This document shows, piece by piece, positions 35,469 through 44,356 of a stretch of DNA of 64,000 nt. The notes beneath the pieces are model-generated. The model saw only the letters and a list, made by a program, of their open reading frames with translations. It made no database searches and had not been told where the DNA came from. The stretch is from Thermoplasmatales archaeon (GTDB taxonomy: Archaea > Thermoplasmatota > E2 > DHVEG-1): assembly GCA_020350825.1 (NCBI GenBank), contig CP070724.1, forward strand, positions 1,316,889 through 1,380,888, given 5' to 3'. Every line of letters begins with the position of its first letter. Positions within the stretch are counted from its first letter, which is position 1. The translations under genes and the position numbers were made by a program.

Positions 35469-36215
35469 ATGAATGTTATTTTTTTAGGTGTTGGAGAAGC
35501 ATTTGATGAAGAGAATCCAAATAACTCACATCTAATTTTATCTGACAAAGTTCTTCTGCTCGATTGTGGTTATTCTACCCCAGGACAACTTTGGAAATAT
35601 AATCCAAATCAATCATTTTTAGATGCAATATTTATTAGTCATGGACATGCAGATCATTATTTTGGATTACCAGCACTTCTTGTTAGAATGTGGGAAGAAA
35701 AAAGAACAAAGCCGTTGACCATTATATGCCACAAGGGATTGAAAGAATCAATCAATGAATTGATTGAATATGGATATAAGGGTTGTTCTACAAATTTTGA
35801 ATTTATCATAGATTTTATAGAAGTTAAAGAACATCAGAAAATCAAACTCAATGAATTGGAGTTAGAATTTGCACCTACAACTCATTCGGTAAAAAACCTT
35901 GCCATAAGGATATATGATGGAAAAAAATCTGTTTGTTATAGTGGAGATGGAATGTTTACTAAAGAGACAGAAAGACTTTACGAAAATGCTGACCTCTTAA
36001 TTCATGAAGCATATTTATTTGATAAAAAAATACCTTTTCATTCATCAGTAAAAGGTTTAATACAAATGGTAAAAAGAAACAACATTAACTGTTTGGCATT
36101 AACCCATCTTCAAAGGGATTTGAAAAAGAAAAAATTAGAAATGATCAAAAATGAAGTTTTGAAAAGGAATTTAAAAATAATTATCCCCATTTCTTTAGAA
36201 GAATATTTACTTTAG
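35469..36215 (+). CDS. MBL-fold hydrolase (RNase Z-like subgroup)
   Basis: ISHGHADHYFGLPALL motif. Confidence 0.7.
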   Translation: MNVIFLGVGEAFDEENPNNSHLILSDKVLLLDCGYSTPGQLWKYNPNQSFLDAIFISHGHADHYFGLPALLVRMWEEKRTKPLTIICHKGLKESINELIEYGYKGCSTNFEFIIDFIEVKEHQKIKLNELELEFAPTTHSVKNLAIRIYDGKKSVCYSGDGMFTKETERLYENADLLIHEAYLFDKKIPFHSSVKGLIQMVKRNNINCLALTHLQRDLKKKKLEMIKNEVLKRNLKIIIPISLEEYLL

Positions 36216-36291
36216 AATTCATAACTGGATTTAAACAAGTATACAATAAAATAAACAGTATAAAAAGTGAGAATTTAACGATACAGCAAGA

Positions 36292-36365
36292 GGATCTGTA
36301 GTGTAGCTTGGATATCACAGGGGCTTCCGGAGCCTCTGACCCGGGTTCGAATCCCGGCAGATCCG
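36292..36365 (+). tRNA. tRNA-Arg (anticodon CCG)
   Basis: Acceptor GGATCTG/CAGATCC, anticodon arm GGGGC-TTCCGGA-GCCTC, T arm CCGGG-TTCGAAT-CCCGG, discriminator G. 74 nt. Confidence 0.9.
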
Positions 36366-36460
36366 TCTAAAATTATTCTGATGGTAAGGGAGTGTCTCCT
36401 TTATGGAAAACTTTAAATACCCCATTTTGTATTACATATTAAATTGTAATAAAAATAATT

Positions 36461-36475
36461 TAGTAATTATTACAA
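36461..36475. promoter_or_regulatory. Fur-family 7-1-7 box candidate TAGTAAT-T-ATTACAA
   Basis: It lies 13 nt upstream of the Fur/PerR-like start codon, with 6/7 matching arms. Extra TTGTAAT-like half sites are at 36444-36450 and 36427-36436. Confidence 0.4.
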
Positions 36476-36487
36476 ATGTGGTTCTAG

Positions 36488-36910
36488 ATGTTTGAAAAAT
36501 ATGTACGATTACTAAAAGAAAGCCAAATAAAAATTACACCTCAAAGATTAGAAATTCTAAAATATTTAGATGAACATAGAACTCATCCAACTGTTGAAAA
36601 AATATATTCAGAATTGAAAGAAAATAACCCTGCTTTATCTAAAACTACTGTATATAACTCTGTAGATATACTTTTGAATCATGGTCTAATTCAATCAATT
36701 ACTATATCTGGTTCTGAACTCCGATATGATTTTAAACGTGGAATGCATCATCATTTTCTTTGTAAAAAATGCGGGGAGATCATTGATATCAATGTTGAAT
36801 GTCCAAAATTAGGGAGTATGTTAGAATGTGGACATGAAGTAGTGGAGGTACATGGATATTTTAAAGGAATATGTAAAAAATGTATAAATAAAAAAAAGGA
36901 AAAGAACTAA
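36488..36910 (+). CDS. Fur-family metalloregulator, PerR-like
   Basis: w[35 protein letters not shown], a second CxxC (CKKC), and the genomic context of peroxide/oxygen detoxification genes. Confidence 0.85.
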   Translation: MFEKYVRLLKESQIKITPQRLEILKYLDEHRTHPTVEKIYSELKENNPALSKTTVYNSVDILLNHGLIQSITISGSELRYDFKRGMHHHFLCKKCGEIIDINVECPKLGSMLECGHEVVEVHGYFKGICKKCINKKKEKN

Positions 36911-36911
36911 A

Positions 36912-37607
36912 ATGAATCGAAAAACTTTACATAAAATCCCATATGGGCTATATACAATAACATCACGAAAAAATGGAAAATATAATGGACAAATTGCAAA
37001 TGCATTATTTCAAGTTACATCAGAACCCCCAACTGTTGCAATAAGTATTAATAAAAAGAATTTAACATATGAATATATAAAAGCAAGTAAGGTATTTTCT
37101 GCATCAATATTATGTGATCATGCTCCTATGGTATTTATTGGAACTTTTGGATTCAAATCTGGTCGAGATATTGATAAATTTGAAAATATTAAATATAAAC
37201 TAGGAAAAACCAAAACACCAATAATTACAGAAAATTGTTTAGGATATCTAGAAGCTGAAGTTATTGATGATTTATCTGTTGGAACACATTCAATCTTTAT
37301 TGGAAAGGTTGTTGATGCAGAGATAATGTCTGAAGAAAAAGTAATGACTTATGAATATTATCATGAAATTAAAGGTGGAAAATCACCAAAAAATGCACCA
37401 ACATATAATGGATCGGTGGATGAAGAAATAAAAAAGGAGGTAGAGAAAATGGAAAAATATGTTTGCAAAGTATGTGGTTATGTATATGACCCTGAAAAAG
37501 GAGACCCAGATAACGGAATAGCACTAGGAACTAAATATGTGGATCTCCCTGATGATTGGGTATGTCCTGTTTGTGGAGCTGGAAAAGTAGATTTTGAAAA
37601 GGAGTAA
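36912..37607 (+). CDS. Flavin-reductase domain fused to rubredoxin (high-molecular-weight rubredoxin, Hrb-type)
   Basis: N-terminal split-barrel flavin reductase-like region. The C-terminus [17 protein letters not shown]...[16 protein letters not shown] is a canonical rubredoxin. Confidence 0.8.
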   Translation: MNRKTLHKIPYGLYTITSRKNGKYNGQIANALFQVTSEPPTVAISINKKNLTYEYIKASKVFSASILCDHAPMVFIGTFGFKSGRDIDKFENIKYKLGKTKTPIITENCLGYLEAEVIDDLSVGTHSIFIGKVVDAEIMSEEKVMTYEYYHEIKGGKSPKNAPTYNGSVDEEIKKEVEKMEKYVCKVCGYVYDPEKGDPDNGIALGTKYVDLPDDWVCPVCGAGKVDFEKE

Positions 37608-37612
37608 TTTAA

Positions 37613-38791
37613 TTGAATGCTGTTGAGATAAAGCCGGATATTTATTGGGTTGGCGGTATCGACTGGGATATTAGAAACTTCCATGGGTATATTACCCAAA
37701 GAGGAACAACCTACAACGCTTACCTAATCATGGATAAAAAAATAACATTAGTAGATACACAAAAACACTATCTCTTTGAAGAAATGCTTTCTAGGATAAA
37801 AGAAATTGTTGATCCTTTAAAGATAGATTACATAGTTTCGAATCACGTAGAAATGGACCATTCAGGATCAATTCAAAAACTCTTAGAAGTTGCCCCTAAT
37901 GCAAAGATTATTACTTCAACAAGAGGAGAAAAGGGTCTGCGTAGGCATTACAAAAAAGACTGGAATTTTAAAGTTGTTAAATCAGGGGATACACTTAACA
38001 TTGGAGAACGAACACTTCACTTTGTTGAAATACCAATGGTTCACTGGCCAGATTCAATGGTTACCTACATTCCAAGTGATAAACTTCTTCTTCCAAACGA
38101 TGCATTTGGCCAACATATTGCAACATCAGAACGTTTTGATGATGAAGTTGACTGGGGCATCTTAAAGGAGGAAGCAGCTAAATATTATGCAAACATAGTT
38201 ATGCCATATGGAAGTCAAGTAGAGAAAGCACTCGAGGCACTATCTGGACTTGACATTGAAATGATTGCACCAAGCCATGGGATAATATGGCGTTCGCTGA
38301 TTCCACAGATTCTTAAGGAGTATACAAAATGGGCGCGATATGAAACTGAGGATAAAGCACTCATTGTCTATGATTCTATGTGGGGTTCAACAGAAGAAAT
38401 AGCCAACACGTTAAGAGAGGGAATAGAAGAAGCAGGCATTCATGTCACCATGAGGAATCTAAAGAACAATCATATCTCGGATGTTATCACTGATGTAATT
38501 TCATCTAAGCTGATACTCCTGGGCTCTCCAACGCTAAACAATACTATGCTTCCGTCAATGGGTGGTTTTCTTACTTATCTTAAGGGACTAAGGCCAAAGA
38601 ATAGAATTGGATTTGTTTTTGGATCCTATGGTTGGGGAGGACAGGCGGTTGGTGAAATTGAGAAAATTATAAAAGACATATCATGGGACGTGCCAGTTGA
38701 AAGTATCAATATCAACTACGTTCCAGATGAAAAAGAACTGCTGGATGTAAGAAAAAAAGGAAAAAAATTAGGAAAATATGTGAAGAATTAA
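37613..38791 (+). CDS. fprA: Flavodiiron protein (FprA-type O2/NO reductase)
   Basis: IYWVGGIDWDIRNFHGY, the HVEMDHSG diiron motif, and a C-terminal flavodoxin domain (LIVYDSMWGSTE). TTG start. Confidence 0.9.
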   Translation: MNAVEIKPDIYWVGGIDWDIRNFHGYITQRGTTYNAYLIMDKKITLVDTQKHYLFEEMLSRIKEIVDPLKIDYIVSNHVEMDHSGSIQKLLEVAPNAKIITSTRGEKGLRRHYKKDWNFKVVKSGDTLNIGERTLHFVEIPMVHWPDSMVTYIPSDKLLLPNDAFGQHIATSERFDDEVDWGILKEEAAKYYANIVMPYGSQVEKALEALSGLDIEMIAPSHGIIWRSLIPQILKEYTKWARYETEDKALIVYDSMWGSTEEIANTLREGIEEAGIHVTMRNLKNNHISDVITDVISSKLILLGSPTLNNTMLPSMGGFLTYLKGLRPKNRIGFVFGSYGWGGQAVGEIEKIIKDISWDVPVESININYVPDEKELLDVRKKGKKLGKYVKN

Positions 38792-38806
38792 AAAGGAGGT
38801 AAAAAA

Positions 38807-38962
38807 ATGTGTAAAACTTGTGGATGTGAAGATGCTGGTAAAAAGATACAGTACAAATGTGATTGTCCAGAAGAAGACTGCAATTGTGGCATTATAGAGT
38901 TTGATGAAGAGCCAAAATCTGTGCCATATTGTTGCGGCATACCAATGAAAAGAATAAAATAA
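38807..38962 (+). CDS. Cys-rich small metalloprotein (51 aa, 9 Cys) with a Dx-like CCGxPM C-terminus, not in the ORF track
   Basis: MCKTCGCEDAGKKIQYKCDCPEEDCNCGIIEFDEEPKSVPYCCGIPMKRIK. A strong AGGAGGT SD lies 9 nt upstream. The antisense ORF 38768..39319 is a low-complexity shadow. Confidence 0.55.
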   Translation: MCKTCGCEDAGKKIQYKCDCPEEDCNCGIIEFDEEPKSVPYCCGIPMKRIK

Positions 38963-38999
38963 ACAAAAAAGAGAAAAAATTAAAAGAGGTAAATAGAAA

Positions 39000-39539
39000 A
39001 TGGTAAAGAAAAAAGAGAAAAAAATTAATATAAAAACAAAAAAAGGCAAGAAAATACCTGTAGAGCGAACGACAACACCTGCTGTATGGAATCCATTTGA
39101 ACTTTTCGAAAATATGGATCGTTTTTTTATGGATGATCCATGGAAATCAATGGGATGGAGACGTAGGTATCCTTTTATTCCATGGTCTGAACATTGGCTG
39201 GAAACGGATACTAAAATGCCCCCCCTAGATTTGGTCGATACTGGAAACAAATATAAAATTATCGCAGAAATCCCAGGCGTCTCAAAGAAAAATTTAGATG
39301 TAAATATTACAGAGAACATGATAAGTATCTGTGGAGAAACTAAAACCGAGACAGAGGAAGAGAATGAAGGTTACATTAGGCATGAACGAAGTTATTCTAC
39401 TATTTGTAGAAATATGGCATTCCCGGAGGAGGTAAACCCAGATAAGGGTGAAGCGACACTGAAAGATGGTATTCTAGAAGTAAAGGTATCAAAGAAGACA
39501 CCAACAACAGGTAGAGGGAGAAAAATCCCAGTAAAATAA
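39000..39539 (+). CDS. Small heat-shock protein (Hsp20/alpha-crystallin) with a K-rich N-terminus
   Basis: DLVDTGNKYKIIAEIPGVSKKNLDVNI...ATLKDGILEVKVSKK. Confidence 0.85.
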   Translation: MVKKKEKKINIKTKKGKKIPVERTTTPAVWNPFELFENMDRFFMDDPWKSMGWRRRYPFIPWSEHWLETDTKMPPLDLVDTGNKYKIIAEIPGVSKKNLDVNITENMISICGETKTETEEENEGYIRHERSYSTICRNMAFPEEVNPDKGEATLKDGILEVKVSKKTPTTGRGRKIPVK

Positions 39540-39573
39540 TAGAAGAAAAATAAGATGGCGGAGGTAAAATTAT

Positions 39574-40122
39574 ATGGCAAAGATTAAGGTATTCAGATGT
39601 AGAATATGCGGCGATCCATACATTGGAATTGATGCACCAACACAGTGTCCGTTCTGTGGTGCACCGCAGCGATACTTCGTTGAGGCGGACAATTGGAACC
39701 CAGATGAGTTTAACTTAATATTGAGTGAAGTGTCACGTAAAAATCTTGAGGCAGCATTACAACTTGAATTAGATAACGCTGCGTTTTATGACTGCGCCAA
39801 AAATGCGGCTCAAACAGCGGGTGATGAATACAGTATCGCCAAGTTTAAGGCGTTGATGAAAGTTGAACGAGAGCATGCCTCTTCCATCTCAAAATTCTTG
39901 AAGATATCCCGACCAGAACTGGAGAAACAATCTTGTAGTGCAAATTCACAAACAAACACCAAGGAAGGTTGGGAGCGAGAAGATCGTGCAATAAAAGCTT
40001 ATACAAAGTTTAGAGATGAGGCAACGGAGCCAAGACTAAAGGAGTTCTTTGGAGCATTAGTTGAAATTGAAACTGATCATCTTGATTTACATGCAGAAAA
40101 TCTCCAATTAAAGGTGAAATAA
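39574..40122 (+). CDS. Rubrerythrin-type diiron protein with an N-terminal rubredoxin-like domain (reverse-rubrerythrin architecture)
   Basis: FRCRICGDPY...CPFCGAPQRYF, then ferritin-like helices with EREH and an ETDH-type motif. Confidence 0.65.
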   Translation: MAKIKVFRCRICGDPYIGIDAPTQCPFCGAPQRYFVEADNWNPDEFNLILSEVSRKNLEAALQLELDNAAFYDCAKNAAQTAGDEYSIAKFKALMKVEREHASSISKFLKISRPELEKQSCSANSQTNTKEGWEREDRAIKAYTKFRDEATEPRLKEFFGALVEIETDHLDLHAENLQLKVK

Positions 40123-40613
40123 TGGATTTAAGCAATTTTGACCTTGAAGATTTGCTTCTTGCAGCTATAAAAAGTGAGGTGGATAGTAAAGAATTGTATT
40201 TAAAAATGTCAAAGAAGACAAAAAATGGATTGTTACAGGATAAACTTAAGTTTCTTTCAAAGGAGGAAGAAAAACATAGATTATTTGTTGAGGATATCTA
40301 TAGGAATCATTTTCCTGAAAAAGATGTAATTCTTCCTAAGAAGACTCCAGTCCCTTTACCAAAAGTAGAAATTACTGAAGATATACCTCTTAGCAAACTT
40401 TTAAGGAGCGCAATGGATTCTGAAAAATCTGCTAGTGATTTTTATAAAATCTTAGCAGAACGGTTTGAAGAGGGAACAAAAATAAACAATACGCTTTTGT
40501 ATTTTTCAGATATGGAACTGGGACACTATAAGATCCTTGAAATGGAAAAAGAAAGTATGGAACGTTTTGAGGAGGCTGATGTGTATTGGCCAATGGTCCA
40601 TGTTGGACCATGA
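40122..40613 (+). CDS. Ferritin-like diiron protein (rubrerythrin family)
   Basis: KEEEKHRLF and MELGHYKILE ExxH motifs. Its start overlaps the preceding stop (ATAATGG context). Confidence 0.6.
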   Translation: MDLSNFDLEDLLLAAIKSEVDSKELYLKMSKKTKNGLLQDKLKFLSKEEEKHRLFVEDIYRNHFPEKDVILPKKTPVPLPKVEITEDIPLSKLLRSAMDSEKSASDFYKILAERFEEGTKINNTLLYFSDMELGHYKILEMEKESMERFEEADVYWPMVHVGP

Positions 40614-40650
40614 ACTTGTTTGAATGAAAAGATAGGAAAGTGAAAAAACT

Positions 40651-41226
40651 ATGAAAAGGTTAAAAGGTACAGAAACAGAAAAAAATCTCCTAGCAGCATT
40701 TGCAGGGGAATCACAGGCTAGAAACCGATACACTTTTTTTGCTGCAAAGGCAAAGAAAGAAGGCTATGAACAGATTTCAGCTATATTCAAGGAAACTTCA
40801 GATAATGAGAAAGAACATGCAGAAGTGTTCTTCAAACATCTGCAGGGGGGAGATACTGAAATTGTAGCTACATACCCCGCAGGTGTGACAGGTATAACCG
40901 CTGAAAACCTTCTTGCAGCTGCTGAAGGTGAAAAGATGGAATGGGGTACACTCTATCCCAACTTTGCAGATGTTGCTGAAAAAGAAGGATTCTCTGATGT
41001 TGCCAGAAGCTTCCGTGAGATAGCAAAAGTGGAATCATATCACGAAAGACGTTATAGAATCCTTTTAGATAATGTGAAAAACAAAAAAGTTTTTAAGAAA
41101 GAAAAGAAAGTTAAGTGGAAGTGTAGGAACTGCGGATATGTTATAGAGTGTGAGGAGGCACCTAAAAAATGCCCAGCATGTCAGCATCCTCAAAGCCATT
41201 ATGAACTTTGGATGGAAAATTACTAA
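40651..41226 (+). CDS. rbr: Rubrerythrin (diiron domain plus C-terminal rubredoxin domain)
   Basis: LKGTETEKNLLAAFAGESQARNRYTFFA, NEKEHAEVF, ESYHERRY, WKCRNCGY...CPACQHP. Confidence 0.9.
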   Translation: MKRLKGTETEKNLLAAFAGESQARNRYTFFAAKAKKEGYEQISAIFKETSDNEKEHAEVFFKHLQGGDTEIVATYPAGVTGITAENLLAAAEGEKMEWGTLYPNFADVAEKEGFSDVARSFREIAKVESYHERRYRILLDNVKNKKVFKKEKKVKWKCRNCGYVIECEEAPKKCPACQHPQSHYELWMENY

Positions 41227-41244
41227 TCAAAATGGTGAAGATAA

Positions 41245-41754
41245 ATGCCAGATATTGAAAATATAAAGGAGGCCATCAAAACGGCAATTCAAATGGAGAA
41301 AGACGGATATTCGTTTTATAAAAAGGCAGCAATTCAAACTTCAAGTGATATGGGGCGAACCGTTTTTAAAAGTCTAGCTAACGATGAACTACTACATCTC
41401 GATGTTTTCGAGAAAATGTTCGAAGATAAGGTTGGAAAATCAGAATGGGAGAAACTGGTAAATTCTGGTAAAAAATATGCTGATATGCCGATTTTTCAAA
41501 AAGATCTTAAAACAGTTGAAGGAGCCAATCCAGGAACCAATGAACTAGATGCTCTATATATAGCGATGACTAGCGAGAAAGAAGCTATTGAGTATTATAC
41601 AAAAATAAAAGAAAGAACTGTTGAGAGCGAGGTTAAGGAAATAATTGATGAGATTATAGAACAGGAGAAAAACCATTATTCAATTCTTGAGCAAGAGTTC
41701 AATTATCTGAGTAAAACTGGATATTGGTATGAAATGGATTATTTAGGTGGATAG
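41245..41754 (+). CDS. Ferritin-like diiron protein (rubrerythrin family)
   Basis: AIQMEKDGYSFY, DELLHLDVF, EKEAIEYY and EQEKNHYSIL motifs. Confidence 0.6.
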   Translation: MPDIENIKEAIKTAIQMEKDGYSFYKKAAIQTSSDMGRTVFKSLANDELLHLDVFEKMFEDKVGKSEWEKLVNSGKKYADMPIFQKDLKTVEGANPGTNELDALYIAMTSEKEAIEYYTKIKERTVESEVKEIIDEIIEQEKNHYSILEQEFNYLSKTGYWYEMDYLGG

Positions 41755-41763
41755 AAAAGAGAG

Positions 41764-42015
41764 GTGTTAACACTGGATTCAAATATTATACCTGATGCAA
41801 AGTTGGACTGTGTGGGCTTTTATTGTCCTATGCCAATTGCAATGACAAAGGAAGAAATTGATAAACTCGAGGTTGGCCAGGTACTGAAAGTTGAGGCAGA
41901 TGATCCAGCAGCAGAAGAGGATATAAAACGATGGGCTAAACGAACTGGGCATGAGATACTTAGATTTGAAAAAGTAGGTATTATTATGACATTCTTTATA
42001 AAAAGAATGAAATGA
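41764..42015 (+). CDS. tusA: TusA/SirA-family sulfur carrier protein
   Basis: LDCVGFYCPMPIAMTK (CPxP active-site Cys) and ADDPAAEEDIKRWAKRTGHE. Confidence 0.8.
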   Translation: MLTLDSNIIPDAKLDCVGFYCPMPIAMTKEEIDKLEVGQVLKVEADDPAAEEDIKRWAKRTGHEILRFEKVGIIMTFFIKRMK

Positions 42016-42043
42016 AAAAAAGAAATAGGAGGTTGTTAAGAAT

Positions 42044-42406
42044 ATGAAAGATGAGAATTCAATTCTCTATGTGCAAACAACAGATATTGCAGAAAAACAG
42101 TATTCGCCGTTGGTCTTAGCTCAAACAGCTAAGATGATGGATATCAAGCCTATTGTATATTATCTTGGCACGGGTTTGAAGATTTTGAAACCTGGTGAGG
42201 CTGAAAAAATCAAACTTGGTAGTTTTCCAAGTGTAGCAGAAATGATTAAAAAGACCCTTGACATGGGAATTAAAATCTATGTGTGTGAAGCATCTAAACA
42301 GATGCTAGGTTGGGAAAAAGTTGAGCTTATTCCAGGTGTTAAAATTGTTGGTGCAGGAACTTTAAATGATCTTGCACTGGAAGCCGGTGCGACAATGTGG
42401 TTTTAA
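42044..42406 (+). CDS. DsrE/DsrF-like family protein
   Basis: Size and the IKIYVCEASKQMLG Cys motif are typical of DsrE-related (COG2210-type) proteins. Confidence 0.65.
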   Translation: MKDENSILYVQTTDIAEKQYSPLVLAQTAKMMDIKPIVYYLGTGLKILKPGEAEKIKLGSFPSVAEMIKKTLDMGIKIYVCEASKQMLGWEKVELIPGVKIVGAGTLNDLALEAGATMWF

Positions 42407-42417
42407 CGAGGAAAATT

Positions 42418-43581
42418 ATGGATAGAATTTATCTGGATCACGCATCCCATATGCCTGTTGATCAACGGGTCCTAAAAATTGCAGAACCTTTTCTGATAAA
42501 AGACTTTGGGAATCCATCATCTCTTTATTCTGCAGGATTGGAAGCAAAACAATCTATCGAAGAATCTAGGGCCAAAATTGCTAGATTTATCAATGCTGAA
42601 AATGAGAAATCTATTGTTTTTACTAGTGGTGCGACGGAGTCAAATAATCTTGCTATTAGGGGAACTGCTTTTAGAAACCTGAAAGATGGAAAGGAGGTTC
42701 TTGCAAGTGCCATAGAGCATATTTCAGTTCTTAATCCTATGAAAGAGCTTCAGAAAAATGGTTTCACTTTCAACATTGTTCCTGTCGATTCGAATGGAGT
42801 TGTTGATCTAAATAAGCTTGATGATCTGTTGACTAATAATACAATTGTGACATCAATTATGTATGCAAATAATGAAATTGGCACGATCCAACCTATTAAA
42901 GAGGTAAGTGAAATCGTTCATACAAAAGGTAGATATTTACATGTTGATGCAACAGCTGCTGCAGGTCGAATCCCTATTGATATCCAGAAGGACAGTATAG
43001 ATCTTTTGACGCTTTCATCTAATGATCTTTATGGGCCTCCAGGTGCTGGTGTGCTATATGTTAAACCCGGTGTAAAAGTTCAAACTGTTATGCCCGGTGG
43101 TGGTCAGGAACGTGGCTTACGCTCCGGAACTGAAAACGTGTTTGCAATTGCCGGTATGGGGGAGGCTGCAAGAATAGCACAAAAAGAAATGAGAAAGGAA
43201 AATGCTAGACTAGAAAAAATTCGAGATAAGCTCATCAATGAGATATTGAAGATCGATCAAGCATATCTAACAGGTCATCCAAAACAACGTCTTCCTAATC
43301 ATGCAAGTTTCCGATTTAGCCATATAGAAGGAGAGAGCATCCTCCTGAATATGGATATGTACAACATTCAGATAGCTACAGGTTCTGCTTGTTCTCATAA
43401 AACATTGGAGGCGTCACATGTTTTATTAGCCATAGGTTTAAAACATGAGGAGGCTCATGGTTCAATGGTAATAACTTTGGGTCATTCAAATAAAATTGAG
43501 CAAGTACCAGTTGTAGTAAAAGCAGCAAGGGAAACTGTGGAAAGACTGAGAAGGCTTTCCCCGCTTGCAAAAAAGAGGTGA
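42418..43581 (+). CDS. IscS/NifS-like class V aminotransferase-fold protein lacking the PLP-binding lysine (SSNDLYGP instead of SxHKxYGP)
   Basis: TSGATESNNLAIRG, HVDATAAAG and ATGSACSH are retained. At codon 43024-43026 GAT (Asp) replaces the Schiff-base Lys. The listed ORF starts at 42397; the ATG at 42418 with a GAGGA SD is preferred. Confidence 0.8.
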   Translation: MDRIYLDHASHMPVDQRVLKIAEPFLIKDFGNPSSLYSAGLEAKQSIEESRAKIARFINAENEKSIVFTSGATESNNLAIRGTAFRNLKDGKEVLASAIEHISVLNPMKELQKNGFTFNIVPVDSNGVVDLNKLDDLLTNNTIVTSIMYANNEIGTIQPIKEVSEIVHTKGRYLHVDATAAAGRIPIDIQKDSIDLLTLSSNDLYGPPGAGVLYVKPGVKVQTVMPGGGQERGLRSGTENVFAIAGMGEAARIAQKEMRKENARLEKIRDKLINEILKIDQAYLTGHPKQRLPNHASFRFSHIEGESILLNMDMYNIQIATGSACSHKTLEASHVLLAIGLKHEEAHGSMVITLGHSNKIEQVPVVVKAARETVERLRRLSPLAKKR

Positions 43582-43958
43582 TAAAAGTGGTAGGTTATAG
43601 CAAAAAAGTTATGGAGCATTTTATGAATCCAAGGAATGTAGGAGTGATAAAAAATCCTGATGGGCATGGGACAGTTGGTAACCCAGTTTGCGGAGATCTC
43701 ATGGAGATTTTCATTAATGTAAAAGATGACATAATTACTGATATTAAATTCAAAACCTTTGGTTGCGGCTCAGCTATTGCTACCAGCAGCATGGTCACAG
43801 AATTAGCTAAGGGTAAGCATGTAGATGAGGCCATGGAAATAACTCGTAAAGATGTAGCAGATGAACTTGATGGTTTGCCACCTCAAAAGATGCATTGTTC
43901 TAATTTGGCAGCTGATGCATTACAGGCGGCAATAAAAGATTATAAAAAGAAGAAGTAA
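43578..43958 (+). CDS. iscU: Fe-S cluster scaffold IscU/NifU-like
   Basis: [36 protein letters not shown]. It overlaps the IscS-like gene by 4 nt. Confidence 0.9.
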   Translation: MIKVVGYSKKVMEHFMNPRNVGVIKNPDGHGTVGNPVCGDLMEIFINVKDDIITDIKFKTFGCGSAIATSSMVTELAKGKHVDEAMEITRKDVADELDGLPPQKMHCSNLAADALQAAIKDYKKKK

Positions 43959-43978
43959 AAATTTTGGAGGTAAAAATT

Positions 43979-44356
43979 ATGGCAGAAATTAGAGAGATAT
44001 ACAAATGTGAGACATGTGGGAATATAGTAGAAGTTGTTCATGCTGGTCAAGGCGCACTTGTTTGTTGTGGACAAAATATGATGCTTCTTGAGGAGAAAAC
44101 TGAGGATGCATCAACTGAAAAACACGTTCCTTATATAAAAAAAACCTCGAATGGAGTTCTTGTAAAGGTTGGGCAGAATCAAGATCATCCAATGCTTGAA
44201 GAGCATTACATAGAATGGATACAGATAATTGCTGATGGTGCCGCTTATAGAAAGTTTTTAAAACCTGGAGATAAGCCTCAAGCAGAATTTGAAATAAAAG
44301 CAAACAAGATAAACGCACGGGAATACTGTAATGTCCATGGATTGTGGAAATCTTAA
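43979..44356 (+). CDS. dfx: Desulfoferrodoxin (2Fe superoxide reductase)
   Basis: Dx domain [27 protein letters not shown] plus the SOR domain EKHVPYI...[12 protein letters not shown]...CNVHGLW. A GGAGGT SD precedes the ATG at 43979. Confidence 0.9.
   Translation: MAEIREIYKCETCGNIVEVVHAGQGALVCCGQNMMLLEEKTEDASTEKHVPYIKKTSNGVLVKVGQNQDHPMLEEHYIEWIQIIADGAAYRKFLKPGDKPQAEFEIKANKINAREYCNVHGLWKS

Noticed and set aside
38768-39319. 183-aa minus-strand ORF overlapping the Cys-rich mini-ORF and the sHSP gene.
   Set aside because: It is a low-complexity, F/L/I-rich shadow frame of K/E-rich plus-strand coding sequence. The plus strand has strong SD sequences and recognisable Hsp20 motifs.
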